Positions 37,406 through 49,989 of a stretch of DNA of 54,904 nt are shown piece after piece. The first letter of the stretch is position 1. Every line of letters starts with the position of its first letter. The notes under the pieces are model-generated. The model did no database searches. It saw only the letters and a list, made by a program, of their open reading frames with translations, and had not been told where the DNA came from. The stretch covers positions 99,513,281 to 99,568,184 of the forward strand of contig NC_068983.1 in NCBI RefSeq assembly GCF_001194135.2. The letters are read 5' to 3'. Both the position numbers and the translations under genes were made by a program. The DNA comes from Octopus bimaculoides (lineage: Eukaryota).

Positions 37406-37705
37406 TCAAATTAAGATATAAATAAATAAGCTGGGTATAATAAAAGGAGGGATACCATAGTCGGCAGGAAAAAAAGAAAAAGAAAGGGAGAAAAAAGGAA
37501 AAGAAAAAGGAAAAAGGAAAAGAAAAGGCAATGGATGTTAAGTTGAAAGATGCTATTAGTTACAATTTATATCAAATATGGGTAGACAACAAGTACAATG
37601 CATAGGAAAAGAGAATTGATTAGAAAACATGCAACAGATAGAGAAATCAGATAGAAACCCAAAGGTATTAATAGTGAAAGGTGTTGTAGTGGCGTGAAAT
37701 TATAG

Positions 37706-38000
37706 CCGCCATTGAGGAAGTACTATCTGCACATGGGCAAGGAACTTGCCTTTCCGGAAGCCCCTCAACTGCGTATCCGTAGTAAAACTAGTACTTAAAG
37801 AGTTTGTTTCACTTTCTAAGCCTCTTGAGCGCGATACCTTCGACGTGACAACACCTTGCTCTTCAACGAAGCACTCTTCAACACGATGCCTTCGATGTGA
37901 TAGCTACTTGCTCCTCTGGCATGCATCAAGGAAGCTCTTAACCTTCCAATACCGATTACAAGTTAATCAGCAGCTGCTAAGCAGAATGACACAGGATTTG
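37706..38000 (+). pseudogene. Candidate further exon (phase 2 entry) with TGA at 37713-37715
   Basis: After the stop about 95 codons are open, in the frame required by the 35823 donor; weak acceptor; donor TT|GTAAAA. Confidence 0.3.
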
Positions 38001-39402
38001 TAAAACCAAGCATCATCAAAAAAATAAAACTTATTTTTATTATGTTGTTAATTGTTCTACTGTTTCTTAATATATAATGCTGTTGAAAGGTGATAGAGAG
38101 AGACTAATGTCTCTATTGCAGCTATCAACCTTTTACAGTGTAAAGGAGGCAAAAACAAAGACATTGGTACACAGACACAGAAAAAATGCTGATAAAAATA
38201 AAATAGACGAATTTCGATTTCGAGACATGTTTAACGGTATATTAGTTGTATTGAGGGATAAAACTGGTTTGAGTTCCAATATACGTGTGCGTGTAGATAT
38301 AGGAACGAACAGAAAGAAAACCAGGAGGATAGAATGCGACGATTTATTTGACTCGTTAAAGAGCCTTAACTTGACAAAGCTGTTGAAATACATCTTGAAA
38401 TAACGGTCAGAAAACATACACAATGGTTTCATATGCAGATGGTACATAATGATGATGTATGAGATGTAGAATAGGAAAATAAATACGTGGCATAACTTCT
38501 GCTGGAGGACAGGAACAGATGTACGTGCCAAAGGCCACCGAGGCTACCTCTCATCCTTACCCATCTACTACCTCTCCTCCTCCTCCTCCCTTACGACCTT
38601 TAAGATCTCTGTATCTATATCTATCTATCGCTTTATCTTCTTCTACATTTAGATTTTTCCTCACCACCCTTCACCAACCCATCTAAATAGCTTAGATGTA
38701 GCTTACTTGACTATCCAGACTTTCTCTTATTGTTTCTTAGATTACCCGCCCCACCGATTTGACTCCTTTTATGTTTTATTTTATTTTAATTTAATTTTTA
38801 TTTTAAGTTTATTTTTATTTTTACATGAATATCTGTGTATTATTTTTTCTTTTCTTTTCTGCTCAGGATTTTATATTCCCATTTTATTTTATATTGCTAT
38901 TTCGTTTTGTCATTTTATTGTATTGTTCTTAACCACCAACTTAACACTACACACTGAATCGTGGCAGGGTATGGACGGTTTTCGGAGTACCGAGGAAATT
39001 ATGTNNNNNNNNNNNNNNNNNNNNNNNNNNNNNNNNNNNNNNNNNNNNNNNNNNNNNNNNNNNNNNNNNNNNNNNNNNNNNNNNNNNNNNNNNNNNNNNN
39101 NNNNNNNNNNNNNNNNNNNNNNNNNNNNNNNNNNNNNNNNNNNNNNNNNNNNNNNNNNNNNNNNNNNNNNNNNNNNNNNNNNNNNNNNNNNNNNNNNNNN
39201 NNNNNNNNNNNNNNNNNNNNNNNNNNNNNNNNNNNNNNNNNNNNNNNNNNNNNNNNNNNNNNNNNNNNNNNNNNNNNNNNNNNNNNNNNNNNNNNNNNNN
39301 NNNNNNNNNNNNNNNNNNNNNNNNNNNNNNNNNNNNNNNNNNNNNNNNNNNNNNNNNNNNNNNNNNNNNNNNNNNNNNNNNNNNNNNNNNNNNNNNNNNN
39401 NN

Positions 39403-39981
39403 AATTATTAAACTGGGCAGCAAACATTAAGGCAAGGCTAACATCTCAAGTTATATGCAATATTATTATAGGAAGAAATTCAAAGTCTTACTCCTGTTTC
39501 TGGGATATCCCAGAGTATGGGATATTCCGTCATCAGAGACAAATATGGAAAATGAGAATGGTATATATTAATAGGACGACGACATAGAGAAAGGGAGTAA
39601 AAGAATAAGGAGATAGAAAGAAAGAAGAAAAAGGAAACATAAAAGAAGCATAAAAGTTCATAGTTCATGGATTTACGCAGGATTGCACCAAAGGACTCAT
39701 GCTCAGGTTTCTATAACTTTGGAAAGTTGAACTATGAACTTTTATGCTTCTGTTTTCTTCCTTCTTTTCATTTCCTTATTCTTTTACTCCCTTCCTCTAT
39801 ATCGTCGTCCTATTAATATATACCATTCTCATTTTCCCTATTTGTCTCTGATGACGGTATATACCATACTCTGGGATATCCCAGAAACAGCTGTAAGATT
39901 TTGAATTTCTTTCTATAATAATATTGTATATAACTTGAGATGTCTGCCTTGCCTTAATGTTTGCTGTCCTGTTTAATAATT
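39403..39981. repeat. Long inverted repeat of PLE-terminus sequence (arms 39403-39667 and 39728-39981)
   Basis: Arms are visibly reverse-complementary along their length with a 60-bp spacer; each arm holds a CTGATGA..GAAAC hammerhead-like motif. Confidence 0.85.
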
Positions 39982-40929
39982 ATATATCCGCTACATCGGA
40001 AATCTGCAATGGCTCCATAACTACCGTCTCAGTAATCCGTTACAGCACTTACCTAGCGTACCTAATCATTTAATTCACTTGTGAACTAAACCCCCATAAT
40101 ATATATATATATATATAAAAGGAGGTAGTCAGGATTTTGTGTAATAATTTATTTAACGCTTTCATCTTTCATCTTTTTTTTTTGAGATTCATCATGAATG
40201 ATATATTTACAGAAAAGTAATGCCTTTTATATTTATGTGAGTTAATTGAAAATACATCTGGAGTTGAACTGGGAACAGGATACTCTTTGTTATTTTGAAT
40301 CNNNNNNNNNNNNNNNNNNNNNNNNNNNNNNNNNNNNNNNNNNNNNNNNNNNNNNNNNNNNNNNNNNNNNNNNNNNNNNNNNNNNNNNNNNNNNNNNNNN
40401 NNNNNNNNNNNNNNNNNNNNNNNNNNNNNNNNNNNNNNNNNNNNNNNNNNNNNNNNNNNNNNNNNNNNNNNNNNNNNNNNNNNNNNNNNNNNNNNNNNNN
40501 NNNNNNNTGTGTGTGTGTGTGTGTGTATGATGCTCCAAATTGGACTTAATGAATTTTATAATTTTATTCCAAGCTGTAAATTTTTACAAATTGCTATTGT
40601 TATTGATCTTTGCACGATTTTCATCTAAAAATTAATAATGTGGCATCTAGTGTAATCATTGAGCTTTCAAGCTTCGATAAAATTTGAAATTCTTCTCTAC
40701 GTTTGATATTAAGTACGCTCTTCTCCGTTTTATCATTAGCACTTACGTGTGTGCATGGACATGCGCACACCGACACACGAACGCACACATGTACGTACGT
40801 ACGCACGCACGCTCACACGCACACACACACACATACGCATACACACACACTGTGTGTATGTAACTTTTTTGTGGGCATCACTGTTTAGTGTATCCATTCA
40901 TTTTTGTGGTATACATTACCGATTCGCAA

Positions 40930-42240
40930 ATAATTAAATAACAAGAATAATAAATCCTGAAATGTCTGTATTTGTTAAAATATCCCTGATCTGATATTTA
41001 AATATTCAACTAATTTGTTAAGGTTTATACGTATTATATAGACAGTAGATTTTAATTCCATAAATATTCGATTTGTGCCTTTCAATTCCATAGTTGGTTG
41101 CATGCTTTCTTTTTTCTATGTTTTAATGAAGAAGAGGTGTTTACATATTCTCTCAATGATACCATCATAACTGTTGCACTCAGTTTTTGTTTTGCGTGGT
41201 GACTCTGCAACATTGATAACTGCTCATGTATTGCGTGGCTGGTTCAGAAGGCATGAAGTTTTGTGTCTGCATATGCAATTTATTTCTGTTAGCTTTGTTG
41301 AGTTAGCTGCAGTTAAGTTTATCATTTTAGCAATACAACTATAACTTGGTTTTAAATTATTGCTATTAAACAATTGCTTACATTGTTAGTTAACAGGCTT
41401 ATTTAGGCTAAAATACTTTATGCTGTTATACTGTTTAGTATTTAACGAGAAAGGTGGGGTTAAAACCAGTGAATATTACATCTTACCCTGTTTATTGGTA
41501 ACATGAGATAGTTGTATATTTAATCTTATATTTGTACCCTCTATCTTCTAGTTTGTTTGGCTGTGTTCTAACGTTTTTAGTTATGTCGAAAATTTCTTTA
41601 TTAAACGACAGGTTAGAGAACCTTCTGTTAATTTTTCTTAGGTTTTGAAAACTATAGCTGATTGGTTGAATCCGTAATGTATCTTAACTTTTGTTTGGGT
41701 AACTATATGGTCTATACTTGTCCATAATAAAGTTGAATATGATATCAAAGGAATTAACTGTGATCAAGTTAGCGTTACTTTGAAGCCGAAATCGTTGAAG
41801 GTTCTGATTAATTCTTTTCTATGTTTGTCTGTGAAGACCAACTCGTCGTTTTTGTAGAGGCCTATGTCCTTAGTCATGAATTTATTTTTCAGAGTATTTA
41901 GGCTATACAAATCGGAAAGATTACATATCTCTGTGCTGTTGGACGGTCTCATGCTGATATCGAGTGAACCAGTAAGGTTTACTTGCTTAATCCAGTCGAG
42001 GTGTTGTTGAAAAGTTGTTTTTATGGCTTGCATAATGATATCTATGTCATTGTCATCCATATTATACGAATTGATAACTTCTTGAGCATTGGTAAGTAAC
42101 GATTTCCAGAAAGGATAAAGTTCAAATTGAGTGAATTTGAATTCACTTTCATTGTAGATATTTTTGAAACCAGCTAATGATGGTGCTAAGACTGTAGTAT
42201 GAAACTTGAAGTCATGGAGGACTAGTGTTGAGTATGATTA
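40930..42240 (-). mobile_element. Penelope-like element, degenerate RT plus GIY-YIG remnants
   Basis: WFKNIY.., DIDIIMQA..EICNLSDLYSLN..DIGLYKNDEL (YRDD motif decayed). Confidence 0.75.
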
Positions 42241-42335
42241 TGATAACGTGCTATATATGAAAACATAGATGCAAACATACATATACACATACATACACAT
42301 CTATAATTCTGCCTTTTTCAAATTTCCAATTTCAG

Positions 42336-42736
42336 ATGGAACAAAAGAATGTTTAGAAAATCAGAAAAAACAAAATATTATGAACAAGGAAGATGATAAT
42401 TCGTTATTCATATCGCATCCAGAACAACAAATTCATTGGAATAACCAATTTATGAACTATCATAATCAGAAAGCGTCTAGTGTATTTAATCTCAATAGTG
42501 CCAGAATATCTTCAACAGATTTCTGGCAACAAAAACCAAAAGACATGCAATGTAAATGCAAAGAGAATTTGACTATGAAAGAAAGTTTTCATGAACAAAA
42601 TTTCAATTGGATAGTGCAGAAATTAATATTAGGACAATATGTGAATTTTCCATCCAATGTTTATTCGGAGCAGCTATCATTGACTCTTACACTTCTAGCT
42701 GAATTGGAAGCTAGTGGTGCGTTAGCAGTTGGTTAA
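42336..42736 (+). CDS. Terminal coding exon of the + strand gene
   Basis: Acceptor TTCCAATTTCAG, phase 1; 133 open codons ending LLAELEASGALAVG*; AATAAA at 42792 and 42828. Confidence 0.7.
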
Positions 42737-42791
42737 CAATAACCGAGGGGATTGACTTGTATCATCATAATGAGATACAACCTATTCAGAC

Positions 42792-42833
42792 AATAAAAAA
42801 TATAAACTTTTTTTTTGTTAATCAATGAATAAA
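42792..42833 (+). terminator. Polyadenylation signals
   Basis: AATAAA at 42792-42797 and 42828-42833 with flanking T-rich tracts, shortly after the stop codon. Confidence 0.5.
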
Positions 42834-43072
42834 ATCTTTTTTTTTTAACTTGTTTCCGTCATCGGACAGTCGCCATGTTGGGGTACCTCCTTGAAGGTTT
42901 TAGTCTAACAAATCGAACTCCAGTATATTTTTTAAGGTCTTATTCTAATGGTCTCATTTAACGAAACATTATGGGGATGTAAACAAACCAACAACGGTTG
43001 TCAAGTGGTGGTGGACAAACACAAAGACGTGTGTATATACATATACGAATATCTATATGCATATGTGTATGC

Positions 43073-43103
<31 letters not shown>

Positions 43104-43149
43104 TTAGATAACTTAGGTTGGTTTCGGTCATTATCGGCCCAGGCCATGA

Positions 43150-43755
43150 CTAACTCAGTAGCACCACTTGGAAAGTTTTTAGTTAATTATTTCGGGACAC
43201 CATGGACCACTCAAGCAGATATTTGTTGGTTAAGACGTATCCAGGTATAGGTGGTTTATCCGGTATTTCCTGGAGGAATTTGTCCAGGTACCGTTTGAAA
43301 GCTGTGGGGTCTTTTTCTACTTTAATTTCTTCTGGGATAACATTGAAAAGAGCAGGACCATTTGCAGTGAACACATTGTGTCGCAATGTTCTTATGAGAT
43401 GTGATCTCGACCTTTGGAGTTGACGCATTGCGCGGGGTGCCTAGTGTTGGGTGAATTGTAAACATAATACCGATATCATTTGGATAATATTGGTGGAATA
43501 TTTTCCACATTGTGCAAATAATGTATCGCACACGGTGGCGTTGCAGAGAATAGAGTTTCAGTTGTTTAAGTCGATCCCAATAACCAAATCCCATCATGCT
43601 ATTTATTTTTTTAGTGATTGATCTTTGTGGCGCTTCGATCCTCATTATGTCTTGTTTTTTGTTTTTTTTTTGTTTTTTTTTGGTAGGAGGACCACAACTG
43701 ACAGCAGTATTCGGAGTGGGGCCTAGCGAATGTGGAGAAGAGAAGGATGATGGAA
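43150..43755 (-). mobile_element. CR1-clade LINE 3' remnant
   Basis: FARPHSEYCCQLWS, YWDRLKQLKLYSLQR, GPALFN..FKRYLDKFL. Confidence 0.85.
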
Positions 43756-44385
43756 TATATATATTCCGTGAAATTCTGTTTTCTTATGGGAAAAACGGCG
43801 GCCGAAACTGTTGTCATACTTCAAACAGCTTACAAGGACGCTGCCATAAGCAAAACACAAGTTTACGAGTGGATTACACGCTTTAGGAATGGTCACTTGT
43901 TGCTTGATGACTAACCTTGTTCGGGACGACCGTCGACCTCCCGAACGAATAAAGACATCATAAAATTTCATGAACTGATCGCGGAGGACCGTCACTGAAC
44001 AATTGATGAACTTGTTGACATGACTGGTGTGTCCTGGAGCTCCTGCCAACGAATTTTGAACGAGGAATTACGAATGAAAAGAGTCGCAGCAAAATTTGTG
44101 CCTCTCTTGCTCACAGAAGATAAAAAGAAATCACGACTGAATGCGTGTCGTGAACTGAAAGAAGAGTTTGAAGTTGATCTGGATCTTTTTTCGAAGGTCA
44201 TCACTAGTGACGAAGGCTGGTACTATGGAATTTGCACATGTGGAAGAGATGAAGAAAATAATGACGGAGGCGTTAAAAGGGATCACTTCGCAAGAGTTCC
44301 AGGACTGCTTCGAATAGTGGAAAACGCGCCTGAACCGATGCATTGGTTCAAATGGAGAATACTTTGAAGGTGATAAAAGTGTAAA
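43756..44385 (+). mobile_element. Mariner (irritans-like) with internal deletion
   Basis: VKFCFLMGKTAAET..VYEW..SGRPSTS..AAKFVP..VITSDEGW. Confidence 0.88.
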
Positions 44386-44396
44386 CATTTAAAACT

Positions 44397-44787
44397 AGCA
44401 GCGCTAGTGTTGTAAACTTTATCGACCGAACATACTCAATGTTCGTGTTTTGTTTGTTCACCGGTTCGCTGCAAGATAGCGCTTTGAGTACGACTCGTTC
44501 ATAACGCTGGCTGTTAAGCTCCTGAAAGCCATAGACAGGCGAGACAACTCGCCTCTGATCGAACCGAGGAATGATGGATACCGATATTTCACCATTTTTG
44601 TGGCGAAATATCGGTATCCATCACTCGTGAATTCAACTAATGGTGAATTGTCTCACTTGCCTATGAATTTGACCCAGCGTTATGAGGGAGTCGTATCCAA
44701 AGCGCTACACCGCAGCGAACCGGTGAATAAACAAAACACAAACATTGAGTATGTGCGGTCGATATTGTTTACAACACTAGCGCTGCT
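44397..44787. repeat. Fold-back palindromic element (MITE-like), ~390 bp
   Basis: AGCAGCGCTAGTGTTGTAAAC.. mirrors ..GTTTACAACACTAGCGCTGCT; the arms meet at an 8-nt loop (44594-44601). Confidence 0.85.
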
Positions 44788-44798
44788 TTTAATTCGTT

Positions 44799-44861
<63 letters not shown>

Positions 44862-45239
44862 AGTTAAAATGATAGTTAAAAAATTTGGCTTACAGCTGTT
44901 TCCAGTAGTCATTATAGATAGGTTTACTCAATTGGTCTATTGATCAACTGAGGCAAATTGAAAGACCTAAGAAAATTAACAATCTAAGAAACAATCTAAC
45001 ACATATACACATCCTCCGACGACTTCGCCGTAATCAAAACCTTAATAGAAAATTTTTTCATAGACTCTTCAAACTTTTGTACAATGCAGTATTGAATATG
45101 TGTTGCAAGTGCTGACCTATTTAAGATTATTTTATCAATAATTTTAAAGCGGTTTCAAAGACAAGACTACATACATCCCACCACAGAACAACTCCAAAAC
45201 TAAGAATACAAACAGGAAAATAATCTTGTATAATCCAAA

Positions 45240-45297
<58 letters not shown>

Positions 45298-45301
<4 letters not shown>

Positions 45302-46045
45302 GGTGCGATGGGTAAATTGTCGCCATTATTAATTTCGCGCATTGTTTTGATTCTGTCGACTACACAATATAGTAAGGTCAGATGAGCACCGTCTGTGAGA
45401 AAAACACCACCATGACGAAATTCACTCTGCCAGAAATTTGAAAACGACATGCTGTACTGCTTGACATTCGCTCCAGTACGAACAGATGGTGAATACACAG
45501 AACCGTGTCCCCCAAAACATGTACCGAGAGTGATAAAAATCCAGTCATCATGGTGTTTGGAGTGATCACTAGTAATGACGACGTCATGCTTCCATTCATC
45601 TTCCCACACAACCTCAGATGCAACACGGACGCCTACATCAAGTACCTGGAGGAAATAGTGCTGCCCTGGGTCAAGAAAGTGGCTGTTGGAAGACCCTATG
45701 TCTGGCAACAGGACTCTGCACCATGCTACACAAGCAGGAGAATCCAATCATAGCTGTCAGACAATTTCTGCGACTACATCACCCCTAACATCTGGCCACC
45801 TAATTCCCCAGACTGCAGCCCCCTTGATTATTATGTGTGTGGCACAGTTGAGCGAGATGCCAAAGATGAACTGAAGGCAAGGATTATGGAAGCATTTACC
45901 AACTTAAACAAGGAGACCGTCCAGAAGAGATGCACGAGATTCCGAAGTTGTCTGGAGGCCGTGATTGAAGCCAATGGCGATGTTATTGAATAAATTTACT
46001 CTTTAGTATTTCAAGATATTTCTATGTAATTTTGGTAAATAAACA
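45298..46045 (+). mobile_element. maT (DD37D) Tc1/mariner remnant
   Basis: WQQD-SAP..WPPNSPDCSPL-D, with 37 codons between the two aspartates by manual count. Confidence 0.8.
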
Positions 46046-47265
46046 GTGCAGTTTTTCCAATTGCATGAGGGGAACGGAATAAACTACTTGCATCAACTTG
46101 CTATAAAAGCAGGTAGTAATTTTACCTTGTCCATATTCTTAGTGCAAGTTTTGAAGAGTGCAGTTCAATTTTAACAGATAATTTTTCAAAGCTATAATGG
46201 AAGTGACAAAAGAACATATTCAGCATATTTTGCTTTATGAGTTCAATAAAGGCAACAACGGAACGGAAAGTGCGAGGAATATCAATGCAGTATATGGGGA
46301 TCGGACCATAAGCGTAAGCCAGTGTCAACGATGGTTCTAGAAATTCCGAGCCGGAAACTACAGCCTAGAAGATGAGCCTCGTCCTGGAAGATCTGTAAAG
46401 CTCGACGGGAACGTCTTGCAAACCCTGGTAGAACAAAATCCCATCGTAACTGTTGAACTAGCAGAGAACCTTGGATTTGGTCATTCAACCATTTATCGAC
46501 ACCTGCGTGCCATTGGAAAAGTCAGCAAATTGGGTCAATGGGTTCCTCACAAACTTTCAAAGTCTAATCGCATGCAAAGAGTGAATGTGTGCTCCTCTTT
46601 GCTGTCACGTCTTACGAATGAACCTATGTTTGGACCGAATAGTGACTGGTGACGAGAAATGGATTCTCTATAAAAATGTCAAGTGACAAATACAGTGGGT
46701 AGGGAAAGGAGAAACACCGGCATACCAGGCTAGAGAAGGTCTTCACCTACATAAGATGTTATCTCTTTGGCGGGATATGAAAGGTTTAGTCCACTTTGAA
46801 CTTTTAAATCAAAACCAAACGATAACAAAGGAGATCTACTGCAAGCAGCTTGAGCAACTTAAGTCAGTACTAGAAGAAAAACGACCATCTTTGGTTTCAA
46901 GACAAAAAGATGTTCTTCCATCAGGATAATACTAGGCCACATACAGCGAGGATGACATTCCAAAGGCTGGAACAGTTTGAATGGGAAACGATGTCCCACC
47001 CACCATATTCGCCCGACATTGCCCATCTGATTATTATTTATTCCGCAGTCTTCAAAATCATTTGGATGGAAAAAATATGAATTCTGTAATCGAGGTCAGC
47101 ACATTACTTAAGGAGTATTTTTTGTCACGGACAAGTGAATTTTGGAAAAGGGACCTTGTAAGTCTACCAGATAGATGGAAAGGCATTGTAGAAAATGGAG
47201 AGTATATTTTAGATTAAAAAAGAACTTAGTTTATCTTAACGCATTATTTATGGGATGACCCAATA
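46046..47265 (+). mobile_element. Near full-length mariner (DD34D); transposase pseudogene 46197-47217
   Basis: MEVTKEHI..GQWVPHKL..VTGDEKW..HQDN..YSPDIA; stops and frameshifts; 3' TIR CGCATTATTTATGGGATGACCCAATA. Confidence 0.92.
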
Positions 47266-47348
47266 TCTGTTAAAATGAGATGTCAGTGTATTTTCATTTT
47301 TGCATAATTTAAACAATTTATTCCCCCCCCCATCTCTCTCTCTTTATT

Positions 47349-47379
<31 letters not shown>

Positions 47380-47389
47380 ACAGACAAAT

Positions 47390-48130
47390 ATGCATATGTG
47401 TGCAAAAAAACTTTCCTCAACCTAGTGAAAAACATGTTTATAAATGCTATATACTTTTTAAGCCTCGTTGGAAAGCATTTCCCCTCATCACAAATAACAG
47501 ACATTTTCGACACAAACTATTTCAGTGTCTTCTACGCCGCAACTCCAATTTTTTGTCGATCGGCTAATCAACATAAACCGTAGTGGAGATTTGCTCCTAC
47601 ACACAATATCCAGCAGCTAGAGAACACCTACTTAACTTACTACTCAACAACAAATGCTTTCTCTAAAATACCGTGTACTCCGCAAACATCATCACACACT
47701 CTTCTAACAGACAATGCGTTAATCTACCACTAAACAAATTCAAACTCTCCCTTAACTAGCATCTGAATACATTTAGAACCATTAACAGAAGATCTAACTT
47801 TAGAGTAGCCAGTAATATAAGCCAACACTCCATGTTTCATCACTTGAAACATTTTGGATCCAAAGCTTTGAATTCTGAAAATGTGTTGGAGGCCGTTTTT
47901 TCTTACTATTTCCTTAAAGTATTTTTATGATTTGTTGCGCTGTGTATTCCGTCTTTCAGGCTTATGGTATTTTGATTTTTAGTCGCTGGCAGAAGTTTGT
48001 CTTTATTTCGGGAATTACGGTGTAATATTCCCATCTGTTTGTCACTAATTCATATAGCCTCCTTGGAACAGAATCTTCTCAAATCCACCATATGAACTTT
48101 GTTCTCTGATTTAAAACAATCTTTCTCTAA
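47390..48130. mobile_element. Penelope-like fragments in opposing orientations
   Basis: + strand KHF..IF.TNYF-like linker; minus-strand NHKNTLRK-like GIY-YIG scrap. Confidence 0.4.
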
Positions 48131-48167
48131 GAAGACGACTTAAGACTATCATTATTACCGTTGGAGA

Positions 48168-48378
48168 AAGGCGGCGAGCTGACAGAATCGTTAGCATACC
48201 GGGCAAAATGCACAGCAGCATTTCACCTGTCTTTACATTTTGAGTTCAAATACCAGCAAGGTCGACTTTCATCCTTTCGGGGTCTATAAAATAAGTACCA
48301 GTTAAACAAGGGTCGATGTAATCAACTTACCCTCTCTCCTGATATTGTTGGCCTTGTACCAAAATTTGAAATCATTAT
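48168..48378 (+). mobile_element. SINE family A
   Basis: Same head and tail as the other copies. Confidence 0.8.
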
Positions 48379-48699
48379 TACCATTGAAGGAACCAACACG
48401 ATAATTCTAATTTGTAGCTATAGGCTGCTAGGAACAGCGCCCAACGTTGCACTTAGGCAGTAGTAAGAGGAGGAATGAGCTTGTTTTCATCAGTCCTAAC
48501 AATTGTTTATGATTGATGTAAAGAATGAAAAATGATCGTACAGATATTGAAGGCTTTTGACAACAAAAACCAGTGCGAGAACTTCCTTCTCTATGTAGGT
48601 GTAATTTTTCTCTGTAGCAGTCAGTGTACAAGAAATACAACACAGGCTTTTCACTCTCACTTTCTGTTTTATTTACTATTAAAAGTACCCTCCTCCACG

Positions 48700-49110
48700 A
48701 CCATGAATGACGTCCGTTTTCCATGCTGGCATGGGTTGGTCGGTTTGACTGAAAACTGGTAAGCTGCACCAGGTTCCAATCAGATTTGGCATGGTTTCTA
48801 CGGCTGGATGCTCTTCCTAACGCCAACCACTCCAAGGGTGGTTTTTACGTGCCACCGGCACGGGTGCCAATTACGTAACACCGGAATCGGCCACGACTAC
48901 GATCTCAGTTGGCTTGACAGGTCTTCTCAAGTACGGTATATCGCAAAGTCTTGGTCACTGCCTCCGTGAGACTCAACGTTTGAAGGGTGCCTTTTACGTA
49001 CCACCGGCACGGGTACCAGTAATGCGACACTGGCATCGGCCACGACTACGAGTTCACTTGGCTTGATGGGTTTTCTCAAACACAGTATTTTGCCAAAGGT
49101 TTCAGTCAAT
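48700..49110 (-). mobile_element. RTE 3' UTR fragment with duplicated module
   Basis: Reverse complement of the RTE tail; GTGCCGGTGGCACGTAAAA-type modules at 48841 and 48991. Confidence 0.75.
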
Positions 49111-49989
49111 GTGTGTGTTTGTATGTGTTACTTAAAACAGTTTGATTAGGCCTTAAAATTTTATAGGTTCTTTACAGAAACCTAGTTTCTTGGTCTCGGG
49201 TAGCCGAATGCTGAGCCCGATGAGCTAAGTTTCTACAAGGAGCCTACGAAGCTCTCCACGGCAAGATCACTGAACTCTTTCTGTCAATTTTACTAAATAA
49301 AACAAGCCTTAACATATCTCTTTGAGGACTACTTAACCAAGTTATAGTCAGCCGAACTATAACCTGATTAAGCAGGTAGAGCCAATGATGCAGCAAGTGA
49401 GTCTGCCATGCCTACATGGGTTGGACAGTTTGTTAGCGTCCAAGGCAGTTCTTATTGGAGTCACCGCCCGTCGGCCCGCACACGCGCGCACATACACTCG
49501 TTTCTTTCCCTGTGTCATTGACACCATTTCAGTAGTAGTGATGTGCTGCATGAACAAAATGTTCAGCAGCCAAACAATTTGACATACATAGCCATGGAAT
49601 AAAGTACCTTGCTCATAAAATAAGTATGGCTTAGCGTTAGGAAGAGCATGCAGCCATAGATTACTGTCTCAAAATATCTCATCCAGTCCACACCAGGGTT
49701 GTAAAAGTGAACACAAAAACAATGAAAATAATACAAGTGTGTGTGTGTGTATGTATACGTGTGTGTGTATATGTATACATGTATGTATTAAGTTGGAAAG
49801 AAAATCCTGTTGCATTTTTGATATGAGCATTTTGAGGGTACTTTTCAATACTTACAGTAGAATAAGCATCAATTTGTACATTCTAATGTATTTTGTTTTC
49901 TTTCTTTGCAGCTTACTTTTAACCATAGTGGTTAAATTCATATTGATTTTTACCTTTTTAAAATGAGTTTGGATCAAACCCATATCAAC

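Noticed and set aside
43095-43175. Hammerhead-like GTCAT..ATGACC-GAAAC on the minus strand
   Set aside because: The core reads CTGAGTT rather than CUGANGA and stem III is unpaired; too decayed to call.
46197-47217. SETMAR-like host gene
   Set aside because: Mariner transposase with stops and frameshifts, a TIR and no SET domain.
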